A stretch of DNA of 64,000 bases, from positions 352,001 to 416,000 of the forward strand of contig CAXXVD010000005.1 in assembly GCA_963662335.2 (NCBI GenBank), read 5' to 3'. Position numbers and translations under genes: made by a program. The notes beneath the pieces are model-generated. The model did no database searches. It saw only the letters and a list, made by a program, of their open reading frames with translations, and had not been told where the DNA came from. Positions within the stretch are counted from its first letter, which is position 1. Every line of letters starts with the position of its first letter. Below are positions 8,510-18,131 of the stretch, piece by piece. Source of the stretch: Chloroflexota bacterium. Lineage in GTDB: Bacteria; Chloroflexota; UBA11872; VXOZ01.

Positions 8510-9919
8510 ATGGATGCTCTGCGCAACGAGAACGGCATAAGCAGGCGGCGCTTGCTCGCCGGCATGGGCCTCGGCGCCGGCGCGCTGCTGGCCGCGGCGT
8601 GCGGCGGCGCGGCTGCGCCCGCCACGGAAGAAGAGGCCCCGAAGGAAGCAGAGGCGCCCAAGGCCGCTGAAGAAGCGCCGAAGGCCGAGGAAGCCAAGCC
8701 GGTTCAGTTCCTGCACTGGTGGATTCCCCGCATCGACCAGAATGGCTTTACGCCCTGGGCCTTGGAAGAGTTCACGAACCGCACCGGCATTCCGGTGGAG
8801 GACGTGGGCCGGGACCCGATCGAGCCGGTGCGCCAGCACTTCCGCACCACCATTGCGGCCGGCACGCCGGTGGACGTGTCCTTCAATTCCATCATCTGGG
8901 CGCGCGACCATTGGGATCTGGGCATCTTGATGGACTACTCGCCGTACCTGACGCAGTACCCGGACCTGCAGGACGACCAGTTCTTCGAAGCTTCACACCA
9001 GTTCCGCCAGGCGGAAGGCGCGACTTTCGGCATTCCCGTGATGGGGCCGGAGTCGACCACGATCGTCGTCAACGGCCAGTTGCTGATCGACGCCGGTCTT
9101 GACGAGAATGGCGGGGACATCAATAACTGGACCGACTTGGTCGCTGCCGCCCGTGCCATGACCAAGAAGGAAGGCAACGACATTGCCGTCTCCGGCTTCT
9201 TGTTGCGGCCCGGTGTCGGCGGCTTGGCGCGCTGGGCAGGCTGGGTGCTCACGACGGGCACCGGCGCCTACGACGCGGAGCAATTCAAGGCGCAGTACAA
9301 CACCGAGCAGGCGCGGGATACGCTGCAGTTCCTCTTCGACCTTTGGAATAAAGAGGAAATCAGCGCCAGAGATCCCGAAGGCGGGGCCGTGCCCGACCAC
9401 TACAAGCTGCTGCAAGCCAACCAGGCCGGCATGCACCACGACATTAGCTCCACGCCGACCCTGCGCTACTTCACCGTGCCCCGCGACTTCAAGTACTGGC
9501 AAATCGGCTTCCCGGCCCATGACGGCGCGGACGGCCAGTTTGCTACCTCGTCGTGGATGAACCCGGTGGTAACGCCGCTCGGCGCGGGCAACCCGGACGG
9601 CGCGGTTGAGTTCATCAACTGGTTCTGCGGTCTCGAGGTAGCCATCGTCAGGCTCGAGCTCATCAAGACGGTCGCGCCGCGACACGACTTCTTTGCCAAT
9701 GAAGCGTGGACCAAGGGGTACAGCGACCAGCCGGTGCTCAAGACGATCGAAGACATTGCCAATTTGCCCGGCGTCTACCCCTACCGCCGCTTCTTGAAGC
9801 AGAACTCCGAGATTCGGCCGATGCTCGATGACGCGGCCATGGGCAAGACCGACATCGCCACCGCGCTGGCCCAAGCCGATGAGCGCGCCAACCAGATCCT
9901 CAACGAGGCGGCGGAATAG
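8510..9919 (+). CDS. ABC extracellular solute-binding protein (family 1, sugar-type), Tat lipoprotein
   Basis: SRRRLL Tat motif, LAAAC lipobox, EEAPKA linker, family-1 SBP pattern; GAGGAGG RBS. Confidence 0.85.
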   Translation: MDALRNENGISRRRLLAGMGLGAGALLAAACGGAAAPATEEEAPKEAEAPKAAEEAPKAEEAKPVQFLHWWIPRIDQNGFTPWALEEFTNRTGIPVEDVGRDPIEPVRQHFRTTIAAGTPVDVSFNSIIWARDHWDLGILMDYSPYLTQYPDLQDDQFFEASHQFRQAEGATFGIPVMGPESTTIVVNGQLLIDAGLDENGGDINNWTDLVAAARAMTKKEGNDIAVSGFLLRPGVGGLARWAGWVLTTGTGAYDAEQFKAQYNTEQARDTLQFLFDLWNKEEISARDPEGGAVPDHYKLLQANQAGMHHDISSTPTLRYFTVPRDFKYWQIGFPAHDGADGQFATSSWMNPVVTPLGAGNPDGAVEFINWFCGLEVAIVRLELIKTVAPRHDFFANEAWTKGYSDQPVLKTIEDIANLPGVYPYRRFLKQNSEIRPMLDDAAMGKTDIATALAQADERANQILNEAAE

Positions 9920-9959
9920 GCATTGCCAGCCCTGCCAGCGCATAGCTGAAGATGTCGAA

Positions 9960-9989
9960 CAAAGAGGCGCACGTACGTGCGCCTCTTTG
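9960..9989 (+). terminator. Perfect 30-bp palindrome, probable terminator
   Basis: caaagaggcgcacgtacgtgcgcctctttg directly after binding protein 1. Confidence 0.65.
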
Positions 9990-10010
9990 CATTGAGTCTC
10001 ATCGCAATTC

Positions 10011-10039
10011 TTGACAGGATTCCAACGCCAAGCTACGAT
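10011..10039 (+). promoter_or_regulatory. Sigma70-type promoter for binding protein 2
   Basis: TTGACA-17 bp-TACGAT. Confidence 0.65.
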
Positions 10040-10095
10040 TGTGGCGGTGTGAAAGTACTAACATGGGCCTAGGCCCAGTAGACGGAGGGAATCGA

Positions 10096-11505
10096 ATGGA
10101 ATCTTTGGTAGAACGCAAAGGACTGACCCGGCGCAGCGTGCTTGCCGGCATTGGCCTTAGCGCCGGCGCGCTGCTGGCCGCCGCCTGCGGCGGCACGGCC
10201 GCGCCCGCGGCGGATGACGATGCCCCTGCGGAAGAAGAGGCCCCCAAGGCCGCTGAAGAGGCGCCCAAGGCCGAGGAAGCCCCTGCCGTGCAGTTCCTGC
10301 ACTGGTGGATTTCCCGCATCGACCCGGGCGGACTGGTACCGTGGGCATTGGCGGAGTTTACGGAACGCACCGGCATTCCGGTGGAAGACGTGGGCCGGGA
10401 CCCAATCGAGCCCCTGCGCCAGCACTTCCGCACCACGATTGCGGCCGGCACGCCGGTGGACGTGGCTTTCAACTCAATCATCTGGGCGCGCGACCACTGG
10501 GACCTGGGCCTGCTGATGGACTACGAGCCCTACCTGACCCAGTACCCCCACATCCAGGAAGACCAGTTCTTCGAGGCTTCAAACCAATTCCGGCAAGCTG
10601 AAGGCGCTACCTTTGGCATACCGGTCATGGGGCCTGAGTCGCAGTCCATCGTCGTCAACGGCCAATTGCTTATCGACATTGGCCTTGATGAGAATGGCGG
10701 GGATATCGAGAACTGGGACGACCTGGTGGCCGCTGCCCGCGCCATGACTAAGCGGGAAGGCGACAACATTACGGTGTCTGGCTTCCTCTTGCAGGACAAC
10801 ATCGCCCTGGCGCGCTGGGCGGCGTGGGTGCTGACGACGGGCACCGGCGCGTACGACGCGGAGCAATTCACGGCGCAGTACGACACCGAAGAGGCCCGCG
10901 ACACGATGGAGTTCCTGTTCAATCTCTGGAACAGGGAGGATGTCAGCGCCAAGTCGCCCGACGGCGGCACGCTCACCGATCCCAGGCACCACGCACTGCT
11001 GCAGGCCAATCAGGCCGGCATGCATTACGACATTAGCTCAACCCCAACACTGCGGTACTTTGAAGTGCCCCGCGACTTCAAGTATTGGCAGATTGGCTTC
11101 CCGGCGTATCCGGACGGCGGTCAGTTTGCTACGGCGTCCTGGATGAACCCGTGCGTCTCGCCGCTGGGCGCAGGCAATCCGGACGGCGCGGTTGAGTTCC
11201 TCAACTGGTTCTGCGGCCTTGAAGTAGCCCTGCATAAGATTGAGGTCAACAAGGCCGTTTCGCCGCGCCTCGACCTCTTTGCCCATGAAGCGTGGACGGC
11301 CGGCGTTGCGGATCTTCCCGTGCTCCAAACACGCGAAGACTTGGCCAAACTGCCGGGCGTCTACCCGTTCCGCCGCTTCCTGAAGCAGAACGCGGAAGTG
11401 CGGCCGCTACTCAACGACGCCTACCAGGGCAAGATTGAGATTGCTTCTGCGCTGGCGCAGGCCGACACGCTCGCCAACCAGATCCTCAACGAGCCGGCAG
11501 AGTAG
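10096..11505 (+). CDS. ABC solute-binding protein, tandem paralog of 8510-9919
   Basis: TRRSVL Tat motif, LAAAC lipobox; long identical blocks with the upstream gene and the same 1410-bp length; GGAGG RBS. Confidence 0.85.
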   Translation: MESLVERKGLTRRSVLAGIGLSAGALLAAACGGTAAPAADDDAPAEEEAPKAAEEAPKAEEAPAVQFLHWWISRIDPGGLVPWALAEFTERTGIPVEDVGRDPIEPLRQHFRTTIAAGTPVDVAFNSIIWARDHWDLGLLMDYEPYLTQYPHIQEDQFFEASNQFRQAEGATFGIPVMGPESQSIVVNGQLLIDIGLDENGGDIENWDDLVAAARAMTKREGDNITVSGFLLQDNIALARWAAWVLTTGTGAYDAEQFTAQYDTEEARDTMEFLFNLWNREDVSAKSPDGGTLTDPRHHALLQANQAGMHYDISSTPTLRYFEVPRDFKYWQIGFPAYPDGGQFATASWMNPCVSPLGAGNPDGAVEFLNWFCGLEVALHKIEVNKAVSPRLDLFAHEAWTAGVADLPVLQTREDLAKLPGVYPFRRFLKQNAEVRPLLNDAYQGKIEIASALAQADTLANQILNEPAE

Positions 11506-11537
11506 GGCTGACCGCGCTCGCTGTTGGAGAGACTCAG

Positions 11538-11565
11538 GAGAGGGAGGGCGCCTGCCCTCCCTCTC
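11538..11565 (+). terminator. Hairpin, probable terminator
   Basis: gagagggagggc-gcct-gccctccctctc followed by tgtctgtt. Confidence 0.6.
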
Positions 11566-11742
11566 TGTCTGTTCCAGACTCTGCCACCCATAGCCGCAGG
11601 GGGACGCCCCATCCGCCAGGCTTCGCGGGCCACTGGCTCGCGGCGCCAGGCAGCGGGCAGGCGCGGACGATTGCCAATTGACAGTCACTGCGAGAACAGC
11701 GATTGCAATGTGGCCGAGCGCACATTATAGTGGGACTATAGC

Positions 11743-12252
11743 GTGAAGGGCGATCGGATTACTTCAGAGCGAGAGTCAATATGGAGTGTTGACGCTGGCT
11801 CGCGGCAACTCTACTTTCGGCTGTTCCTTGGGCTGACGGTACTGGGCATAGCCGTCGTAGGCCATAAGGAGTGCGTTAGCGCCGGGCCGGGGCAATTCGA
11901 CCTCTTGCTCTTTCTTTGGGAGAGGACGGCAGCCATCACGGTCTCGTCAGCCGCCATCGCCATCGTGCTCGTTGAGGCGAAGAGCCTGCTTGGGGAAGCT
12001 CTTGTGTTGCTGGGTAGACTGCTGAGAAGGGGAGCAGAAGCTATGTTCATTAACTGGGGGCTAAAGGACCTCGCCGACCGCATATTGGAGAAGCAACTTC
12101 AGGACAAACTCGCGGAAGGACGAGAGGAAGGACGAGAGGAAGGGCGAGAGGAAGGGCGAGAAGAATACCGGCTGTGGCATGAACGCTATGAAGCAGCGCG
12201 GGAGCGCGGCGAAGATTTCGAGGAGCCCCCTCCAGGCACGAACCACCGTTAG
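11743..12252 (+). CDS. Hypothetical membrane protein with EEGR repeats
   Basis: Two hydrophobic segments, (EEGR)x4, C-terminal GEDFEEPPP; lower GC than flanks. Confidence 0.6.
   Translation: MKGDRITSERESIWSVDAGSRQLYFRLFLGLTVLGIAVVGHKECVSAGPGQFDLLLFLWERTAAITVSSAAIAIVLVEAKSLLGEALVLLGRLLRRGAEAMFINWGLKDLADRILEKQLQDKLAEGREEGREEGREEGREEYRLWHERYEAARERGEDFEEPPPGTNHR
12115..12165 (+). repeat. 12-bp tandem repeat (about 4 units) encoding EGRE
   Basis: gaaggacgagag gaaggacgagag gaagggcgagag gaagggcgagaa. Confidence 0.85.
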
Positions 12253-12348
12253 CAGCGATGTGAGCGCGAATCGCTCTGCCTAGAGACTACCCCTGGGCTT
12301 GGAACTACCACTCTGACTCAAAGTGCGCGACTTCGGAAGCAGCTAAAG

Positions 12349-13587
12349 TCAGATCTTCGCCCACAATCCCTCCTGAATTGCAAGCCGGCCGCTGCGCATC
12401 ACCACCCGTACGTCGGTCAGCGCCTCGATCCGGTCAGCCACGTCGCCGTTGAGCAGCACCAGGTCCGCCACCTTGCCGGCCGCGATCGTACCAATCTCAT
12501 CCTGCAGCCACATCCCTTCGGCCGCCTGACCGGTGACGCGGAATATCACTTCAACTGGATCGATTTTGAGCGTATGGCGCGCCTGCACGAGCCGCTGCGG
12601 CCAATTCGCGATGTTGCGACCGCAGTGATCGCTGGAGAAGTACGACTTGCACCCGCGCCGCTCCATGTCGCGAATGAGGTCAAATCGGTAGTTCACCTCT
12701 CCCGGGCCATCCCATCCCGATACAACGCCGTCTCGCCCAGCTATTGGTACCAAGGTGGCAGAGATGTTGAGGTCAACGAAGATCCCTTTTTCGCCCGCCT
12801 CCTGCGCCACTGCCGGCACGTATTCAACCGTTCCTTCCTCAGCGCCCAGCCAGTTGCAGTGCGCCAGCGCGTCCACGCCCGCGCGGACTGAATTGATGAT
12901 ACCCTCGGTGGGATTGACGTGGGCGACGACGCGCTTGCGCAGCCGGTGGGCATCCTCCACCGCAACGCGCATCTCTTCTTCCGAGTATTGCGCGCGGTAG
13001 CGGTTGGTGGGCGGATCGGATGCGCCGCCGGTAGCCATGATTTTGATGAAGTCCACGCCGCGGAAGACGAGCTTTCGAATCGCTACTTTGATTTCGTCGG
13101 CGTTGTCGGCAAGCTCCTCGATGCCCAGATAGTGGCCGTGGCCCGCCGTCGTCGTGATGGCAGGACCGGCAGCCAGAATACGCGGCCCCACCACGGCGCC
13201 TTGATTGATTGCATCACGCACGTACAGCAACGAATCGCCAACACTGCCGCAATCGCCCAAGGTTGTAATGCCCGCCGCCATGGCTTCACGGGCGGCCTGC
13301 AATGTGTACAGCACGATAGCCTCGCGCGGCGGGCTCGTGCGCGGATATGACGTGTATTTGAGATTGTCGAGGGTGAGGTGGGCATGACCGTCGATCAGGC
13401 CGGGGATGAGCGAAGCGCCGGCGCCGTCGATTTCGTCCCAATTCGAGCGGTCAGGGTACGCGGAATCTAGCTCTTGCCGTGAACCGACAAAGGCGATCCG
13501 CTCATCTTCTATCACCACGCAGGCATTGCGTTGGGCCTCGCTGCCGGTACCATCGACCAATACGTCCGGGCAGATTAGCGTCGGCAT
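12349..13587 (-). CDS. Metal-dependent amidohydrolase family protein
   Basis: PGLIDGHAH, GITT..DCG, IKIMATGG, VAH and G.IA.GK.ADLV motifs. Confidence 0.88.
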   Translation of the reverse strand: MPTLICPDVLVDGTGSEAQRNACVVIEDERIAFVGSRQELDSAYPDRSNWDEIDGAGASLIPGLIDGHAHLTLDNLKYTSYPRTSPPREAIVLYTLQAAREAMAAGITTLGDCGSVGDSLLYVRDAINQGAVVGPRILAAGPAITTTAGHGHYLGIEELADNADEIKVAIRKLVFRGVDFIKIMATGGASDPPTNRYRAQYSEEEMRVAVEDAHRLRKRVVAHVNPTEGIINSVRAGVDALAHCNWLGAEEGTVEYVPAVAQEAGEKGIFVDLNISATLVPIAGRDGVVSGWDGPGEVNYRFDLIRDMERRGCKSYFSSDHCGRNIANWPQRLVQARHTLKIDPVEVIFRVTGQAAEGMWLQDEIGTIAAGKVADLVLLNGDVADRIEALTDVRVVMRSGRLAIQEGLWAKI

Positions 13588-13822
13588 GGTATCTTCTCCT
13601 CACTTGGGCCGGTGTCGGGGTCTTGCCGCAACGTCGGATGCCACTCTAGTGTATGGTATCTTCAAGAATTGCACACTGTGTCCTCTGCATCCCTAGCCTC
13701 CACGAGGTGTGCACATCTGTGTCCCAGGAGCGGCGCGTCCTTAGCGCGGTCAAGTGACACTTCCGTTGTCTCAAAGTACGGGAAGGCAGAACTACTGCAT
13801 CGCTAGAGAGGATTCCACCACA

Positions 13823-14965
13823 ATGTCCGACACGGTTCTTCCCGATCCAGAATCCGTTGGCATAGACCCGGCGCGACTCGAGCGCGCCTATACGCTCATC
13901 GCGGAGTGGACGGAGAGCGGTTTCATGCCCTTTGCCGCCTTGCACGTGGCCCGGCACGGCCAGACCGTCGCCCAGCGCGCCTTTGGCCGCATCACGGTGG
14001 CGCCGGGCGGGCCGCCGGCGCGGGCAGACAGCATCTTCATCATCGCCTCCATCACCAAACCCACTACCTACACCGCGCTCTTGCGATTGGTTGACGAGGG
14101 CTTGGTGAGCCTGAGCGATCCGGTCGCGCGGTTCATACCGGAGTTTGGCGAATTCTCGTCCGGCAAGGCCCCGCACAGGCATGAGGTGCAGGTGCGCCAC
14201 ATAATGACGCACACGTCCGGGCTGCCGGACATGGTGCCGAACAACGTCCTGCTGCGCCGGCAGCACGCCCCGTTTGCGACGTTCATCGAGCACATCTGCC
14301 GGGTGCCCTTGCTCTTTGCACCCGGCACGAACATCTCCTACCAGAGCGCGGGCACGGCGCTGGCGGCCGAAATCGTGCAGCGCGTGCGCGGCAAGCCGCT
14401 GCGCGACGTGCTGGCCGCAGAGGTGTTCGAACCGCTGGGCATGAGTGACACGACCCTCGGCTGGAATCCTGACAAAGAAGCGCGCATCGTGGAAGCCACA
14501 CAGCCTCCACATCTTGGCGGCTCAGACTACGACCACAACAGCCGCTACTGGCGCGAGTTCGGCGCGCCGTGGGGCGGACTCTTTTCCACAGTCGGCGACA
14601 TCAGCCGCTTCATCGAGATGTATCGCAACGGCGGCTCGCTGGATGGCGCGCGTATTCTCAGTCCGGCGACCGCCGCCGCCATGCTCAGCGAGCAGACCGA
14701 CGCCATGCCCGGCATTCCCGCCGCCACCAAACTCGATGAGGGTTGGGGACTCGGCTTCCGCCTCTATCGCCGCGCCAATCCCATGTACTTTGGCGACCTG
14801 CTGGCGCCGGGCGCGTTCGGCCACACCGGCTCCACCGGCACGTTCGCCTGGTGCGATCCCGGCAAGGCGCTCACCGCCGTCTTCTTCTGCAACCAACTCC
14901 ACGAGCGCGTCCAGCACGAGTTCCAAGTGCTGAGCAACACCATCGCCGCCGCCGCGCGCGACTAG
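13823..14965 (+). CDS. Serine hydrolase (class C beta-lactamase/esterase family)
   Basis: SITK (SxxK), MTHTSGL, YQS and FGHTG motifs; no signal peptide. Confidence 0.88.
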   Translation: MSDTVLPDPESVGIDPARLERAYTLIAEWTESGFMPFAALHVARHGQTVAQRAFGRITVAPGGPPARADSIFIIASITKPTTYTALLRLVDEGLVSLSDPVARFIPEFGEFSSGKAPHRHEVQVRHIMTHTSGLPDMVPNNVLLRRQHAPFATFIEHICRVPLLFAPGTNISYQSAGTALAAEIVQRVRGKPLRDVLAAEVFEPLGMSDTTLGWNPDKEARIVEATQPPHLGGSDYDHNSRYWREFGAPWGGLFSTVGDISRFIEMYRNGGSLDGARILSPATAAAMLSEQTDAMPGIPAATKLDEGWGLGFRLYRRANPMYFGDLLAPGAFGHTGSTGTFAWCDPGKALTAVFFCNQLHERVQHEFQVLSNTIAAAARD

Positions 14966-15018
14966 AATTGCGGTATGCCAGCGCACAGATTAAACGCAAT
15001 AGCGCAGGAGCGCGTCAC

Positions 15019-16965
15019 GTGACAGGTATGCTTAACCCGCCGTGGGCAGAGTTGCTTGAAGAGACCGAGACCCGGCTCACGCTTGTCTCCGGAGTCTTCC
15101 TCCTGGCCGGCATCGTCTCCAGTCTCGTTGCCGCGCCCCCGTTGGCGCAGACGGCGCTCTACCTTACCGCCATCGTGGTTGGGGGCGTGCCTATTTTGCG
15201 CGAAGCGTGGGAGGCTCTATGGGAAGACCGGCGGCTCACGATCGATTCGCTCGTCGTCGTCGCCGTCATTGGCGCCGTCCTGCTGGGGCAGTGGTGGGAA
15301 GCGGCGGCGGTCGTCTTTCTCTTCTCTTTCAGTGAGATGCTGGAGGACTTCACGCTCGACCGGGCGCATAGCGCAATTCAGACCCTCATGGAGCTTTCGC
15401 CGCAGGAGGCGCGCGTCAAGATCGACGGCCGCGAGTCTACCTTGCCGGTGGAAGAGGTTGCGGTCGGCATGATTGTTGCGGTGCGTCCCGGCGAGCGCGT
15501 GCCGGTAGACGGCGACGTGGTTGCCGGCGAGTCCACCATAGACCAAGCGGCAATCACCGGCGAGAGCGCGCCGGTTGCCAAGACAAGTGGCGACGGTGTC
15601 TATGCCGGCACGATCAACCAACAAGGGTACCTGGAGATCGCCGCCACGCGGCCGTCTACGGACAACGCCATTGCCCGCATCGTCCGCCTTGTGGAGCAAG
15701 CGCAGCGGGAGAAAGCGCCAACCGCGCAGTTCATCGACCGTTTCGCGGCCTATTACACGCCCGGCATCGTCGTTCTTGCCTGCTTGGTGGCGACGGTGCC
15801 GTGGCTGGCATTCGAGCAGCCGCTGGCGGAGTGGGTATACCGCGGCCTTGTGCTGTTGCTAGTGGGCTGCCCCTGCGCGCTCGTCATATCCACGCCCATC
15901 TCGATTGTGGCCGCCATTGCCCGCTCCGCGCGTTCCGGCGTCTTGATGAAGAGTGGCGCCGTGCTGGAGTTGCTCGGACAAGCGCGGGTCATGGCCTTTG
16001 ACAAGACCGGCACCCTCACGCGCGGGCAGCCTGAAGTTACCGACGTCATCCCGGCGGCTGGCTACAGCGAATCCGACGTCATCCAGATGGCTGACAGGCT
16101 GGAACACCGCTCCGAGCACCAACTTGCCGCCGCGATTCTGCGGCGCGCAGGACACACGGCTACGGCAGAAAACAGCGGCCACGTCCACACGGAAGAAATT
16201 GAGGATTTCGAGGCCATTGCCGGCCGCGGCGTCCGCGCCCGCGTTGACGGCACGGTGTACGTGTGCGGCAGCCCGGACTTTCTCCGTTCGATCGGCTATG
16301 ATCTGGTTCCCTACGAAGAATCGATTTCCGCCTTGCAGGACGCCGGCAAGACGGCGCTCCTGGTAGCGCGCGATCAAGAGATCGCCGGTCTCATCGCCAC
16401 CATGGACACCCTGCGCCCGGAGGCGGCGCCCGCTTTGCGGGCAATCCACGACATGGGCATTGCGCACCTGGTCATGCTCACGGGCGACAGTCAACCGACG
16501 GCCACGGCAATCGCGCGGCAACTGCCGGTTCGCGACGTAGCCGCGGAACTATTGCCCTGGCAAAAGCTCGTCGCAATCCAAGACCTGGTGAAAGCCCACG
16601 GCAACGTGCTCATGGTAGGGGACGGCGTGAACGACGCGCCCGCCCTGGCCAGCGCCACCGCCGGCATCGCGCTGGGCGGCGCCGGGGCCGACGTGGCCTT
16701 GGAAACCGCCGACGTGGTGCTGATGGGCGACGACCTCACTAAGATTCCCTACGCCCTGCGCCTGAGCAGGCGGACGATGACCGTCATCAAGCAGAACATC
16801 GCCTTCTCATTGGGCATCAAGGCGCTCGTGCTGCTGCTCACGCTCTTTGGGCTGACCTACCTGTGGATGGCAATTCTGGCGGACGTGGGCGCTACGCTCG
16901 TGGTTGCGGCCAACGGGCTGCGCCTGCTCCGCACGTCCGGCACAACGAAAGCGGGAGAGTCATGA
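15019..16965 (+). CDS. Heavy-metal P1B-type ATPase (Zn/Cd/Pb-like subclass)
   Basis: TGES, CPC, DKTGT, MLTGD and GDGVNDAP; K in the penultimate TM and D-x-G in the last TM; GTG start after AGGAG. Confidence 0.92.
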   Translation: MTGMLNPPWAELLEETETRLTLVSGVFLLAGIVSSLVAAPPLAQTALYLTAIVVGGVPILREAWEALWEDRRLTIDSLVVVAVIGAVLLGQWWEAAAVVFLFSFSEMLEDFTLDRAHSAIQTLMELSPQEARVKIDGRESTLPVEEVAVGMIVAVRPGERVPVDGDVVAGESTIDQAAITGESAPVAKTSGDGVYAGTINQQGYLEIAATRPSTDNAIARIVRLVEQAQREKAPTAQFIDRFAAYYTPGIVVLACLVATVPWLAFEQPLAEWVYRGLVLLLVGCPCALVISTPISIVAAIARSARSGVLMKSGAVLELLGQARVMAFDKTGTLTRGQPEVTDVIPAAGYSESDVIQMADRLEHRSEHQLAAAILRRAGHTATAENSGHVHTEEIEDFEAIAGRGVRARVDGTVYVCGSPDFLRSIGYDLVPYEESISALQDAGKTALLVARDQEIAGLIATMDTLRPEAAPALRAIHDMGIAHLVMLTGDSQPTATAIARQLPVRDVAAELLPWQKLVAIQDLVKAHGNVLMVGDGVNDAPALASATAGIALGGAGADVALETADVVLMGDDLTKIPYALRLSRRTMTVIKQNIAFSLGIKALVLLLTLFGLTYLWMAILADVGATLVVAANGLRLLRTSGTTKAGES

Positions 16966-17369
16966 GTTCGCAAGCGGAGGGACACGTCGGCCACGCCGAT
17001 CACGAACTGAAGCGCGCCAGCCAGGGCCGCATCGAAGCCGTGCTCAGCCTGCTCGATACCGGCGAACGGCACATCTACGTGCTGCACGTGCGGTTGCTCC
17101 CCCAGGCCCGCACCCTGCGGCGGCGCTTTCGCGAGGTGGACGCCTTGCGCCTCATGGGCTTCACGCCCCGGCCGGAATGTCCCTACTTCCCCTACCAGTG
17201 CTTCTACGCCGGTTGCTACTACCGCGAGTTGGGCGAGGCCGCGGACGATGCCGCGCGCGAGCGCTACGCAGAGATCTTCGATAACGCGCTCGACTCGCTG
17301 GCAGAGGCGATCGAACACATCCTGGCCGGGGCCTGGTTGGCGGAGGAGATCGGCCTGCCGTTGAAGTAG
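16962..17369 (+). CDS. Hypothetical His/Cys-containing protein coupled to the ATPase
   Basis: ATGA overlap with the ATPase stop; host-like codon usage; HVGHADH and CPYFPYQCFYAGC. Confidence 0.6.
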   Translation: MSSQAEGHVGHADHELKRASQGRIEAVLSLLDTGERHIYVLHVRLLPQARTLRRRFREVDALRLMGFTPRPECPYFPYQCFYAGCYYRELGEAADDAARERYAEIFDNALDSLAEAIEHILAGAWLAEEIGLPLK

Positions 17370-17411
17370 CGCTTCCATGCAAAGACGTCGTCGCCGAACT
17401 AGGCCACGGCC

Positions 17412-17999
17412 TTAGTACTCGAATTGCGGCTCCCAGTCACCGGGGCCGTCCCGCAGCAGAGCGAAGAGGTGCCAGACGCCGCAGTAGAGATCGCCGGGGC
17501 CGAAGTAGTCATGGGCAGCGCGCACAATCGAACCGTCTGGACTCTTGTGGAAGGCGGAAACGCCGGGCATAGCGTGGGAGTCGTAGTGCGCCTCCTCTGA
17601 GCCAAAACCCATGTCCTCGAAGAACGTGGTACCTTCCGCCGAGTACATCCGAAACCGCCAACCCCGCTTGCTGGCCAGCCTCTGTTGCTCTTCCGGGGCA
17701 TCGGGTGACACCACGACAAACGCTGCGCGGCTCTCCATGTGATGCAGCACGCCGTTGAACTCGTCAGCCCACATGGTGCAATAAGGACAACCCGCGCCCA
17801 TATTGTGGATCAGAATCAAATCGGACTTGCCCCCGAACATCGCGGAAAGCCTCACGCTACCTTCGGGACCTGCGAGTTCATAGTCAGCCACAGGCTCCAC
17901 CGGCAGGCGGCGGCGCAACTCGACGAGCCGTTGCTTCGCTCTCTCTAGGTCAGCCATCGCTTCAGCAAGCTGAGCTTCTCCGACTGCATCGGCCGTCAT
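17412..17999 (-). CDS. DUF899 thioredoxin-like protein
   Basis: RR.LP...Y, LS.MFG.KSDLI..H, CPYC, GW.F...S and PGVSAF motifs. Confidence 0.8.
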   Translation of the reverse strand: MTADAVGEAQLAEAMADLERAKQRLVELRRRLPVEPVADYELAGPEGSVRLSAMFGGKSDLILIHNMGAGCPYCTMWADEFNGVLHHMESRAAFVVVSPDAPEEQQRLASKRGWRFRMYSAEGTTFFEDMGFGSEEAHYDSHAMPGVSAFHKSPDGSIVRAAHDYFGPGDLYCGVWHLFALLRDGPGDWEPQFEY

Positions 18000-18131
18000 G
18001 TGTCCCCTTCCTCACTAAGGATAAAACTCATTAACGGCAAGAACCTTACCCGGTAAAACTGCTCGTATATCGGAGCGCCGCTTGCACACTCCCACAACGA
18101 TAGGGCTTCCGTCAATGGACGCGCACTATGC

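Noticed and set aside
13823-14965. Beta-lactamase resistance gene
   Set aside because: No signal peptide, and YQS/HTG motifs fit a cytoplasmic esterase or amidase of the same fold.
14743-15018. N-terminal extensions in the ORF track (ATPase here; also the phosphatase, Xer, fabH, rpmC, rpsQ and rpmD)
   Set aside because: They overlap neighbouring genes or intergenic DNA; downstream starts with an RBS or ATGA coupling fit the family lengths.
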